A stretch of 64,000 nt of DNA from an uncultured delta proteobacterium (GTDB lineage Bacteria > Desulfobacterota > Binatia > JACPRU01), in the NCBI GenBank assembly GCA_963745025.1, contig CAVUWD010000006.1, positions 480,001 through 544,000 on the forward strand, in the 5' to 3' direction. The notes below the pieces were generated by a model. That model saw only the letters and a program-made list of their open reading frames with translations, had not been told where the DNA came from and ran no database searches. Position numbers and translations under genes: made by a program. Shown piece by piece: positions 20,321 to 30,708 of the stretch. The number at the start of each line of letters is the position of its first letter. The first letter of the stretch is position 1.

Positions 20321-20892
20321 TCGTCAAATGGAAGCTTCCGACCTACTTACGCCAGGACATGGTCCGCAATTTCTTCTCCGTGATCACGAGCACGCGCGAC
20401 AAGGCGCTCTTCTCGCTGATCTACCTCTACGGCCTGCGGGTCTCGGAGGCTTGCCTGCTCCACCGAGACGACATCGACCTTCGGAGGCGGACAATCCGCA
20501 TCTGGCGAGTGAAGAACGGCAACAGCGGAGAGAAACCGCTCTTCAAGAGCCTCGTCCCGCTTTTGACCACCTATCTGCGAACACGCTCCGACGACAACGG
20601 CGCTCTCTTTGTCGGTCGCCAGGGCCGCCTGGGGAAACGCCAGATCCAGGCCCTTTTCACCCGTTACGCGATCGCCGCGAATCTTCCGCCGAACCGAAGG
20701 CACGTCCATTGCCTGCGGCATTCCTGTGCGACCCACCTGCTCGATGCCGGTGAGCCGATCGACTTCGTCCAGGATCACCTGGGTCACCGGTCGATCGAGA
20801 GCAGCTTGGTCTACGCCCGAGTTTCCGATCGCAGGCGGACGGAGACCATCAAGAGGCTCGAACGATCCCGCGAGATCGCCGTGCCGATCTGA
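20317..20892 (+). CDS. tyrosine recombinase, catalytic-domain-only (FimB/FimE size)
   Basis: YGLRVSE (R), RVKNG (K), HCLRHS (HxxR), LGH...VYA (H, Y). 191 aa. Confidence 0.92.
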   Translation: MIVKWKLPTYLRQDMVRNFFSVITSTRDKALFSLIYLYGLRVSEACLLHRDDIDLRRRTIRIWRVKNGNSGEKPLFKSLVPLLTTYLRTRSDDNGALFVGRQGRLGKRQIQALFTRYAIAANLPPNRRHVHCLRHSCATHLLDAGEPIDFVQDHLGHRSIESSLVYARVSDRRRTETIKRLERSREIAVPI

Positions 20893-20956
20893 CCCCGCCC
20901 CACCAACCGATTTCCACCAACGCTTTCTTCCTACCCCTCGTCACCCGACCCCCTTT

Positions 20957-21016
20957 ACCGGCAGCAGCCGTGAGGCCTCGTGCCTCCGGCTGCTGCCGGT
21001 CCCGCCTCTTTTTTTT
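20957..21016 (+). terminator. long hairpin plus T-tract after the recombinase
   Basis: ACCGGCAGCAGCCG...CGGCTGCTGCCGGT followed by a T run. Confidence 0.6.
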
Positions 21017-21105
21017 GCCTAAAATCCGCCCGGTAGCGACTCGATGCAGCCGATCCCGCCGAACATTTGTGCCCGAACGACAGCGTCCGCCTGACTGCAT
21101 CGTCT
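21010..21105 (+). repeat. direct repeat copy 1 (55-bp identical core 21051-21105)
   Basis: CGATCCCGCCGAACATTTGTGCCCGAACGACAGCGTCCGCCTGACTGCATCGTCT recurs at 24403-24457. Confidence 0.9.
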
Positions 21106-21334
21106 ATCCGAAAAGTGCAGTCGCAGCTGCTCGGCCAGTCATAAGTCGCCCGCAGGGAGCAGACCACAGCGGCTGCTTGAGGTCTTGCTCAGCAGTTCCT
21201 CTCGCTTCATCCTCCGGGCCCCGCTGCCAGGCGGGTGCGAGTTGTCGATCAATTCGCCGGAGCATAACGCCCTTTTCCTTTTTCTTCCACCAACTACTAA
21301 ACACTACTCCTCCTAGACGACTGTGCCGCCTCGC

Positions 21335-21934
21335 TTAGTCTTGGTTGTCTTTTGGAAGAGTAAGGGTGCCGTCCTCGGTACCAGTGAATTGGCCAAAACC
21401 TCCGAAGACTCCATTCTTAAACCCAAACATTAAGTAGCTCCCGGCAGTTTGAAAATCGTAACCCCCGGTCGCACCTGTAGATTTCCCCGTCCCCCCAATC
21501 ACCTCGGCGTGCCCAGAGTTGGTGAATGGGAAGGGAAAGGTGGAGAAATTGATACAGAGCGTTGCTGAGGTAATCCTAGAAAAGAGTTGGTCCCCGGTTT
21601 TCTCGGCTGTGCCAACGTCTCGGCTTTGTCCGGTGGGTTCATCGATATGGTACTCATGCGTCGTTCCCTCGGGACACGTAGGGACGGTTGGCTGAAGAAT
21701 CCATTCCTGTTCTTGCTGGAAAAAAGACGTCCCGCCGGGACTGCAATTCGTGACTCCTTGAGCCAAGGTCGCTGACGCCCCATCGCCATTGGTATCGATG
21801 TTAGTTTCCACCCCATTAGTGAACGTCCCCGAATAGGTACAGTGAAACTTCTGGGTCTTGGCTTCAGCGGTGCCGACAACGACTGCGAAGATGAAGACGA
21901 GAGCGGCGCTGATCGTAAGATGTTTACTGTTCAT
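21335..21934 (-). CDS. secreted beta-rich protein, dirigent/AOC-like (paralog 2)
   Basis: SD AAGGAG, signal peptide ending AEA-K, GVETNIDT.GDGASA, VIGGTGKSTGATG. Confidence 0.8.
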   Translation of the reverse strand: MNSKHLTISAALVFIFAVVVGTAEAKTQKFHCTYSGTFTNGVETNIDTNGDGASATLAQGVTNCSPGGTSFFQQEQEWILQPTVPTCPEGTTHEYHIDEPTGQSRDVGTAEKTGDQLFSRITSATLCINFSTFPFPFTNSGHAEVIGGTGKSTGATGGYDFQTAGSYLMFGFKNGVFGGFGQFTGTEDGTLTLPKDNQD

Positions 21935-22183
21935 TTCTTTTCTCCTTGTGAATGTTTGGAGTTGCACGGGATGCGGCGGCCTGTTTTTACCGCTTCGGCT
22001 TGGAGTTGGAATCGTGCGCGCACAAACCATCCTCTCAACATTCCAGACGCGCTGTCCTTCGCGACCTCTCTATTGTTCGAGGCCGTGTTGACGTCGGCAG
22101 CAGGAGGGACTTCTCGGCCTCTCCACGCGCATGGCCGGGTGAGGGCCATTGCGCAAAGGTCGAGTAGGGAAACGAAGCGGAAT

Positions 22184-22600
22184 CTAGTGGGGGTCGGTGG
22201 AGGCGTTTCCGGAAGCTCGACGCTCAGGTGAAGGGAGCAGCTTCGGGGGCAGCGGATGCTGGTCGCGGCATTTCAGCAGAGCGGATCGGGCGGTCGCCGA
22301 AAGCGCATCGACCGACCTTGACCCGACTACTTCGCCTGGGTTCCGCCTGAATGCCTTCTCGTGCTTCGAGAAGTCCTTAACCCCATCGTTCGGCAACGCG
22401 GCGGCGGCGTAGTCGACGCCGTCCATCGGCGCGATCTCGTAGGAGTAGTCCTGGATCGCACTGAGCCCCACCGCAAAGAGGAAGAGTAATTCGCTCAGGG
22501 GAACTGTTACGCGGCCTCGCCGACCACTGGCCCGCCGTGGACCAGTCGGTCCGATCTGACCGACGCTTAGCAGATAGAGCTTGGCTCGCATCGCTCGCCC
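22184..22600 (-). CDS. leader-like hypothetical protein (paralog 2); start approximate
   Basis: C-terminal ~105 aa homologous to 3954-4331. Ends RRASGNASTDPH. Confidence 0.55.
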   Translation of the reverse strand, partial: GRAMRAKLYLLSVGQIGPTGPRRASGRRGRVTVPLSELLFLFAVGLSAIQDYSYEIAPMDGVDYAAAALPNDGVKDFSKHEKAFRRNPGEVVGSRSVDALSATARSALLKCRDQHPLPPKLLPSPERRASGNASTDPH

Positions 22601-22843
22601 GAACGCGACCGAGGCTGCAGCAGCGATTCTCACTCTTTCCCGAGTTGCCACCAGCTTTAGTACCAACGCCACCTGTTCATGTACGCCGCGAATGCGGCCG
22701 TACCAGACGGTCCGTACCAACCCGCGATCGGCGGTGTCAAGAAAATTTCGGGATGCTGCCATATCCGAAGCCCCTACAACTGAGACGCCCGTCTCGCCCC
22801 CTGGTCGGCCGCCTGCGCTGGTCTCAAATTCGAGAATCAACTA

Positions 22844-23975
22844 CTGAATCTCGCATAATATCTTGACAAATCGATCAGTTGTGCTAGATTCCGCCGCATG
22901 GGGACAGCGGGGATTGGGCAGAGGCGGGATTTCGAGGGGCTGACGCAGCGACGCGCGCAGGCGGCACGACTGTTCGGGAAGGCGAAGGGCCGCGGCGCAC
23001 TGGCGGGGATCGCGCGAGCGCTGGCGGTCAGCCGGCAGAGCGTCACCCGGTGGTATCGGCAATGGAGAAGCGGTGGCATTGCCGCGCTGAAGGGAGCCGG
23101 ACGTGCCGGCCGGATGCCGAGACTGAATGCGGAGCAACTTCGCCAAGTGGACTGGGCTCTTCGACAGGGGGCTCGGACGCAGGGGTTCGGCACAGACCTC
23201 TGGACGCTGCCGCGCGTCGCACAGGTCATCGAGCGAGTGACCGGCGTTCATTACCATCCGGGGCACGTGTGGCGCGTTCTGCGCCAGATGGGTTGGACGT
23301 TGCAGCGACCAGCACGCAAGGCTCGGGAGCGAAACGAAGAGGCGATTCGGCAATGGATCGCCGAGCGCTGGCCTGCGGTTAAAAAAAAGCCCGCCGCCAA
23401 CAAGCGTGGATCGCATTCCAGGACGAGAGCGGAATCTCGGAGCGTCCCCCGGTCCGCCGCACCTGGGCACCCCGCGGCGAAACCCCGGTCCTGATCCACG
23501 CCTTCAACTGGAAGAAGATGTCGGCGTCGGCGGTGCTGGCCTACCGCTTCGACGGCAAGCGCAGCCGGCTTCTGTTCCAGGTCAAGCCCGACAGCTACAA
23601 CACCCAGAGCCTCATTGCCTTCCTCGACGAACTGCGACGGCACTTCCGCGGTCGCAGAGTCATCCTGGTCTGGGACGGCCTGCCCGCTCACCGTAGCGCC
23701 GAGATGACCGACGTATCTGCGCCGTCAGGCCTATTGGCTCACGGTCGAGCGGCTGCCCGGCTATGCCCCGGAACTCAATCCCGTCGAATACTTGTGGGGA
23801 AACGTCAAAGGCCAGGAACTCGCCAATCTCTGCGCTGCGAATCTTGGCGAGGCCGCCTCTGCTCTCCACACTGGAATGCAGCGCGTGCGCCGCTCTCAGC
23901 AACTGTGCTTTTCCTTCCTCGACAAGGCCGGCCTCTCTTTTTGACAACAATGTCACTGTATTACGCGAGATTCAG
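22844..23975 (+). mobile_element. IS630-family element
   Basis: TIRs CTGAATCTCGCATAATA / TATTACGCGAGATTCAG with TA on both sides. HTH ORF, A8 slippery run at about 23381, DDE part (FQDES, VWDGLPAH, YAPELNPVE). Confidence 0.95.
22898..23944 (+). pseudogene. IS630 transposase (programmed frameshift plus an extra frameshift at about 23710)
   Basis: Three frames are needed to join HTH - FQDES...WDGLPAH - ERLPGYAPELNPVEYLW. Confidence 0.8.
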
Positions 23976-24371
23976 TAAATACAAAGCCAGCCAGCTTTGC
24001 AACCGTCCACGCCTGCGATCGCGGTCATCAGGTAGGTCCAACGGCTATCCGGCCTATGCTCCACGCCGACCGCTACGCTAGCGACCAACGACTACTCCGT
24101 TGCGATGGCGATCGCGCCCCTTGGACATCTTGGACTCCTCGATTTCGATCATCAACGTCGAGAGGTTCGACACGAGCGCCAACCGACAACGTGAACACGG
24201 ACGACGCCATGACTTCGATGTCGAGGGGATCTTCGAGATGATCAACAACGTGGTCCTCACCTCGATCGCTTGATAGCCGACGCTCTCGGTTGTCCCTCAT
24301 GATCCGTGGCGGGTTCAACGGTTGCGAAAACCGCCGAGCTCAGCTGCACGGTTAACACTCCTCTCGCCCTC

Positions 24372-24457
24372 CTTTTTTGCCCAAAATCCGACTCTATGCA
24401 GGCGATCCCGCCGAACATTTGTGCCCGAACGACAGCGTCCGCCTGACTGCATCGTCT
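24372..24457 (+). repeat. direct repeat copy 2
   Basis: Matches 21010-21105. Confidence 0.9.
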
Positions 24458-24660
24458 TGCCGTAAGGCGCATTCGCATGCGACGCGGTCTCACCGCAGGT
24501 AGGCGGCAGCGAGCGAACCCAACCAGCCGATCGAGGGCTCGCGCCTTGCGCGAAAGCGCCCGAAAGGACTATCGGCAGTGATCAGGGGCTAGCCTCCAAG
24601 GAGGGGGCAAGATGCTCTGCCCTTACTGCAAGCACGAGAATTTCGTTGGATGCGAGGTAA

Positions 24661-24718
24661 TCTGGGAGCGCGACCGTCTCGGTCGCTTTTGATGCGGGCG
24701 GGACGCCCGCGCTCCCAG
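24661..24718. repeat. REP/REPIN-like palindromic doublet
   Basis: TCTGGGAGCGCG-ACCGTCTCGGTCGC...GCGGGCGGGACGCC-CGCGCTCCCAGA nested inverted repeats. Confidence 0.75.
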
Positions 24719-24728
24719 AGGAGTAACG

Positions 24729-27131
24729 ATGCCTGATCAGACGCCCGCCGTGGGGATGGAACGCAAGCTGGCGGCGATCTTCAGTACGGATGTCGCGGGC
24801 TACAGTCGCCTCATGGGGGACGATGAAGAAGCCACGATCCGCACCCTCACCGCCTATCGTGCTGTGATCTCCTCCCTGATCCAACATTACCGAGGCCGGG
24901 TGGTCGATTCTCCCGGTGACAATCTCCTAGCCGAGTTCGCCAGTCGTGGTCGATGCCGTGCGCTGCGCGGTCGAGATTCAACACGCACTCAAAGAGAAGA
25001 ACGCAGAGCTATCTCCCCAGCGTCAGATGCAGTTTCGCATCGGCATCAACCTGGGCGATGTGATCGTCGAAGGCGAACGACTCTACGGAGACGGGGTCAA
25101 CATCGCCGCGCGGTTGGAAAGCCTCGCGGTTCCCGGCGGTATCTGTATCTCGGGCACGGTGTACGATCAGGTCGAGACCAAGCTTGCGCTGACGTACGAG
25201 GATCTTGGGCGAACAGACTGTCAAGAACATCGCCAAGCCAGTGCGCGTTTTTCGCGTGGTGATGGATGCCACGACAGCTGCCTTCGCCGAGCAACTCGTG
25301 CTTCGACAAGCTCAGCACGAACGGACACCGACTCCGGTCATCCTGGGCCTGTCGAAAGGTGCTCAACTGAAACGCAGGGGAGGACTGTTGCTGGCGGGGC
25401 TGGTGCTCATCGCGGCAACGTTCGTCACTGTCCGTTATTTCTCCTTTCCTACCAACACCCAGCCCCTAGCACCCAGCACCCAGGCCGCGCCAGCGGCGCT
25501 GCCGCTGCCCGACAAACCCTCCATCGTCGTCCTGCCCTTCGACAACATGAGTAAAGATCCCGAGCAGGACTACTTCAGCGACGGCATCACCGAAGTGCTC
25601 ACCTCTGACCTCTCCCGCATCTCCAGCCTCTTCGTCATCGCCCGCAACACGGCCTTCACGTACAAGGGCAAAGCGGTGAATGTACAAGACGTGGGGAAAG
25701 AACTGGGCGTACGCTACGTGCTGGAAGGCAGCGTGCAGAAGGCGGGCGAGCAGGTGCGGATCGTGACCCAGTTGATTGATACCACGACCGGCGGGCACCT
25801 GTGGTCGGAGCGCTACGACCGTCCGCTGCAAGACATCTTTGCCCTGCAAGATGAGATCGTGCAGAAGATCGTGACGACGCTGAAGCTGCAGCTCACGTTG
25901 CAGGAGCAAGGGTACATCGTGCGCAAACACACCGACAACCTGGAGGCCTATGATGCCTTCTTGCGCGGGGTGGAGTATTATTTCCGCTTCACGAAAGAGG
26001 CCAATGCCCAGGCACGGCAGCTGTTTGAGAAAGCCATTGCCCTGGACCCGCAGTATGCGGAGGCGTACGCGTGGCTGGGTTGGACCTACTGGCTGGAGTG
26101 GGGCTTGCGCTGGAGTGCGGACCCCCAGACCCTGGAGCGCGCGTTGGCGCTGGCGCAACAGGCTCTTGCCCTGGATGACTCCCTGCCGAGAGCCCATTCG
26201 CTCTTGAGCATCGTCTATGCGCAGAAACAGCAGTATGACCAAGCCATAGCCGAGGGCGAACGGGCCATCGCTCTCGATCCCAACAATGCGGACAGCTATG
26301 CCGCGCAGGCGGAGGTGCTGAACTTCGCGGGCCGGCCAGAAGAGGCTCTGCAGTCAGTGGAGCAGGCGATGCGGCTCAACCCCCGCTATCCACCCTGGTA
26401 CTTATTCGAATTGGGCTCGGCCTACCGCTTGACCGGGCGGTATGCCGAGGCGATCGCCACGCTGAAGGAAGTCATCAGCCGGAACCCCAATTTTATCCCT
26501 GCCCACCTTCAGTCTGGCTGGCAGCTACCTAGGGCAGTGGATCTCTCAACAGAGCCCAGCTGCCCAGACGTTGGAGCCGGCAGTGGCGGCGGGGCAACGG
26601 GCCCTGGCCCTCAATGACTCCCTCCACTGGAACCACATAGTCTTGGGCTATATCTATCTCTACCAACAGCAGTATGAGCAGGCCCTGGCGGAGATGGAGC
26701 GGGCTGTGGCCCTCGCTCCTACCGAGGCGTGGAGCTATGCGGCTCTGGCTGAGGTGCTGAGCCGGATGGGCAGGACGGAGGACGCCCTGGAGGCCGCCGC
26801 ACAGGCGCTGCGCCTGAAGCCCCTTATTGCGGACGTCCACTTAGACAGCGTCGGCGCTGCCTATGCCGTGGCCGGGCGCCATGAGGAGGCGATTGCCCCT
26901 TTGCAGCAGTTATCATCAGCCGCTATCCCAACATTCTGTGTGCCCATCTCACGCTGGCAGCGGTCTACAGCGAGTTAGGCCAAGACGCCGAGGCGCGGGC
27001 CGAGGCAGCAGAAGTGCTGCGGATCAATCCCCAGTTCTCGCTCGGAAGTTCACAAACAGCGAGTGCCGATCAAAGACCCGGCGGTGTTAGAGCGTCATCT
27101 TGCTGCCTTGCGCAAGGCGGGGTTGAAATAG
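24729..27131 (+). pseudogene. adenylate/guanylate cyclase-TolB-like-TPR protein, multiply frameshifted
   Basis: ERKLAAIFSTDVAGYSRLM, FRIGINLGDV, GDGVNIAARLE, PDKPSIVVLPF, TPRs. Frame changes near 24945, 25205, 26510, 26915 and 27045. Confidence 0.85.
25301..25359. repeat. REP-like doublet inside coding sequence
   Basis: CTTCGACAAGCTCAGCACGAACGG...CCGGTCATCCTGGGCCTGTCGAAAGG. Confidence 0.7.
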
Positions 27132-27426
27132 CAGTGGCGGATTCGGGTGACAAGTTCTTTCGACCGCGCGGACTACTTGATCGTGACGAGATGAAGCTGA
27201 TCGCTGCCGCTACCGTCTGCACGCCGAGAATGCCGAACTGCAGAAAACGTTAGGAAGATGAAGCTCGGCGCCGGGCAGCCGCCTAAGTGCGGGCAACGAG
27301 CTTTGGTCAGTGGGCGCGTAGCTAGGAGTAATGAGGCAGTTCTGGGTCACGCGTCCGCCGCGAAAGTAACTTTGATCGCAGCGTGGTCGCTCAGCCGCTC
27401 CTTCTCGGAACGCGTGGCCACCTCGC

Positions 27427-27861
27427 TTACGGTAGAGCCTTGCCCGCAAGCGCCGATGAGATGATGCAGCCTATCTTCCCGGCGTGTGGCCCGTCGAGCA
27501 CGCGGACGCGGCGGTAGGTTCCTGGCGGGTGGCGTGTGTTGCACGAATCGCTTGGCGTAATCTCGTGGACGCGCGTGCTGTGCGCGAGCTTCGCTATCAC
27601 TCCCTTGGCGCACGAGACCGGCTGGCCCGTCGCATCACGCTCGACTTGCTCCGCTTGCCCGTGGAGGAGGGTGAGTGAGTCGAGTTCGCAGACCTTCGCG
27701 GCGAGATCGCTCTCCCACAGGCTGATGTCGCCGCGCCCCCCGTCGTGCAGCTTCATGCCCTCGACGAAGAAGTCCCCTTGCGCGAACACGACTCCAGCCG
27801 TGAGGAAAGCCCCCATGAAAGCGACGCCGAGCATGTGCCAGAATAAGGACTCTCGTTTCAT
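27427..27861 (-). CDS. secreted hypothetical protein
   Basis: MKRESLFWHMLGVAFMGAFLTAGVVFA signal peptide. C-terminal RVRVLDGPHAGKIGCI. Confidence 0.6.
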   Translation of the reverse strand: MKRESLFWHMLGVAFMGAFLTAGVVFAQGDFFVEGMKLHDGGRGDISLWESDLAAKVCELDSLTLLHGQAEQVERDATGQPVSCAKGVIAKLAHSTRVHEITPSDSCNTRHPPGTYRRVRVLDGPHAGKIGCIISSALAGKALP

Positions 27862-27934
27862 GGCGGACCGCGCAAAGAGTATGCCTACACGCGGCAGCCG
27901 AAAAAAGACAGCTGAGTCGCGCCCGATGGATCGC

Positions 27935-28080
27935 CGCGCGATGAGATCCGGCGTGTGGACCTCGCGGAGTTCCTCCTCGTTGACGGCCACCGGATGATGG
28001 AAGTGACCTTCACCGACCGTTCTCGACTCGGCGAGGTGGTCGTGGATTTTGGCCGCCTTGCGTAGCACGAAGCCGTGAAT
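27935..28080 (-). pseudogene. histone deacetylase-family N-terminal fragment
   Basis: HGFVLRKAAKIHDHL...PVAVNEEELREVHTPD resembles an HDAC/AcuC N-terminus. Confidence 0.45.
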
Positions 28081-28094
28081 CTCTCGTGGCTCGC

Positions 28095-28509
28095 CTGGGA
28101 GGCTGCCGCCCAGTCCAGACCGGCTGCCAGCGCTCGGCCGATCGTCACGGCTACCGACCCGACGCTCACCCCGAGGCTCTGCGCCACCTCCCGGGGCGTC
28201 CGCCCGGCCACCCACTTCAGCCGCAGGATCTCCCGGCTCTTCCGCTCCCATCTCGCCTTTTTCCGGCCAGGCGGCGGATACCGTCCAGCGTCGCTCGCCT
28301 GCTCGGCGAGCCCCGTCCCCTTCCAGCCACGGAGGGGCCGTCTACCTGATCACGAACTCCGATCTACGTGATCACGGTCCATCGGACCGATCCGCGTGAT
28401 CACGACTCCGATCCGGCTGATCACGAGGCGGATCTTTGTGATCCCCATCGACCGATCCGGCTGATCACGTCGCTCCGATCCCCGTGTTCACGATCGGCCG
28501 AAACACGCA
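28095..28509 (-). mobile_element. istA: IS21-family left end with truncated istA
   Basis: Terminus TGCGTGTTTCGGCCGATCGTGAACAC, about seven TGATCACG/CCGATC internal repeats, then RKSREILRLKW...REVAQSLGVS...AAGLDW. Confidence 0.85.
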
Positions 28510-28575
28510 CCCGATCGCGGGTAGCACGGTGATTTTCGCCTTTACTTCGCCTAGGGTCCGCCGTAAGCGAGGGGG

Positions 28576-28839
28576 ATGGCGAAGGTGCTGCCGCCGATCA
28601 CCGTTGCTGGCATCACGTACCGCGTACTCCGTCTCGATGGCGCTCGCGGCCCGCGATACCTCTTACGCAGCGAGATGGGTGATCTCCTTGGCCTCTATCC
28701 CTACCGCGCCGAACCGATGCGGCTCTACGCGGCACCGCTGCAACCGGCTCGCAACGATTCGAATCCCCTCGCTCGGCTCGACTTCTTCGACGCGGACGGT
28801 AGGCTCGTGGCCCGGAATGTTGCGCCGCGTGCTCGATAG
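28576..28839 (+). CDS. hypothetical protein
   Basis: SD GAGGGGG, ATG start, protein-like composition. Confidence 0.45.
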   Translation: MAKVLPPITVAGITYRVLRLDGARGPRYLLRSEMGDLLGLYPYRAEPMRLYAAPLQPARNDSNPLARLDFFDADGRLVARNVAPRAR

Positions 28840-29189
28840 ACTCCGCCGTGCCCTCGACCTGGCGCGTCTCTTCGAGCTACCCGCCTGGCACCCCGACCGC
28901 ATGATCGCCGCGCAGCTTGTGCTCTACATCGGCCTCGCGATCATCATCGCGATCACTCTGTGGAGCCACTAGAAGGCGGCGCACCCGTGACGCTGCGCTT
29001 CGAGTCTCCCCCGGCCCTCGATAACGGAGCCAAGGTCTGCTGGAGAGCTGCCCGTCGAACCAAGCGTATTTCGCTTGCTGGTTTGGCGCTCGACAACCCG
29101 GCGCCTCATGCACAGAAACGACTAACTGGAGCGCTCAAAAAAGTAGCCACAACCGGGGCAGACCCAGTACCGCTTGCGCTTTCCCCCTT

Positions 29190-29981
29190 GAAACAGCCCA
29201 TAAACTCGCCGCGGAGCTCCGCTTCGAAGGGAGAGCGTTTCCGATCGAGGAGCCGCGATTCGTCCACCGCGTCCAGGCGCGGACGCTCATGGACTACACG
29301 CGGCTCACGCAGAACGGCCGGTACAGGGGCTGGATCGACGTGGACGGCAAGCGAAGGACTCTCGCCTCCGGCACGATCGGCACGCGGGACCGCTCCTGGG
29401 GGGTCCGCTCGATCGGCATGACCGACCCGCAGCCGCTGCCGCCGATCCGGCCCCAGCAGTTCTTCTGGCTCTGGACGCCGCTCAACTTCGAGAAGAAGAG
29501 CGTATTCTATCACCTGAACGCCGACAGCGACGGGCGCCCGTGGAACACCCGGGCCGTCATCTGTCCCGACGGCGCCGGGCCCGACGAAATGATCGAGACC
29601 TCGCGCGCCCACATGGAGGTCATGTTCAAGTCCGGCACGCGGAACGCCCGCTCCGGCGTGCTCTCGATCGAGCCGGAAGCACGTCTGCCTCTCAGGGTGA
29701 CATTCGAGCCGCTCCAGCATTTCCAGATGCGCGGCATCGGCTACTTCCATCCGGAGTGGGTGCACGGCGGCTACAAGGGCGAACTCGTCGCGGCGCGGGA
29801 AGACATCGCGCTCGCCAACGTCGATCCGACTCTCCCACAGGAACTCCACGTCCAGGCGATCTCGCGCGTGACGGCCGAAGAGGCCGGCCGGGTCGAGAAC
29901 GGCATCGGCGTGTTCGAGCAACTGGTTCTCGGTCCGTACAAGCCGTACGGCTTCCGGGAGCTCCTCGACATGGCGCCCTGA
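29190..29981 (+). pseudogene. conserved hypothetical protein, probably N-terminally truncated
   Basis: Protein-like frame extends upstream of M29289 ([17 protein letters not shown]). [10 protein letters not shown] and [12 protein letters not shown] motifs. Confidence 0.6.
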
Positions 29982-30013
29982 CCCTCCGGATCTCGAGAGA
30001 AAAGGAGCCCCTC

Positions 30014-30478
30014 ATGATCGACTATCGGATGGAGCACATCTTCTCCTACCGGGGGACGCTCCACACCCCCTTCGAGGTGATCGGCCCCCTCGCCGAGGGC
30101 CTGCGGGTCAACGGCTACGTGAGCGGAGGCGAGGTGACCGGCCCGAAGCTCCGCGGAAGGGTCCGGCCGGTCGGAGGGGACTGGCTCACGATTCGGCGCG
30201 ATGGAGTCGGGATCATCGACGTGCGGGCCACCCTCGAGGCCGACGACGGGGCACTCATCTACGTGACCTATGGCGGCATCCTCGACTTCGGCGAGGACGG
30301 CTATCAAAGGTTCCTCGAGGGGAAGATGCCGCCGAGCGGGACGCCCATCCGCACTTCCCCGCGCTTCTATACCTCCCACCCCGATTATCAGTGGCTGAAC
30401 CGGCTCCATTGCATCGGCATCGGCGAGGCATTCCTGGAACGTTCCGAGGTCCGCTACGACGTCTACGCGGTCCGTTAG
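30014..30478 (+). CDS. DUF3237 family protein
   Basis: [13 protein letters not shown]...GGDW...[18 protein letters not shown]...YQWLN. SD AAGGAG. Confidence 0.9.
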   Translation: MIDYRMEHIFSYRGTLHTPFEVIGPLAEGLRVNGYVSGGEVTGPKLRGRVRPVGGDWLTIRRDGVGIIDVRATLEADDGALIYVTYGGILDFGEDGYQRFLEGKMPPSGTPIRTSPRFYTSHPDYQWLNRLHCIGIGEAFLERSEVRYDVYAVR

Positions 30479-30708
30479 TCGACTAGCGAATTCGCGCTCC
30501 TCTTTCGGAGGAACCTCGCACCCACGCCGGCCCCCCTCCCCCGTCCCCTAGGGAAGCCGTGATCAGACGATCGGACTCCGATGCGCCGCGCTCGTCGGCG
30601 TGCGTCTGCCCGCGGGAAGCGAAGCTGCCGCCCGATTGCGCGCCCACGCACCTCGGCCGAGAATTGGACGAGGCGCCTCCTCCGAGAGCTTCCGCACAGG
30701 AGACCACT

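Noticed and set aside
28340-28509. Periodic TGATCACG/CCGATC repeats resembling a mini-CRISPR or iterons
   Set aside because: The period is only about 21-28 bp, there are no unique spacers or cas genes, the array ends in a TG terminus, and it precedes an istA stub. These are IS21 terminal repeats.
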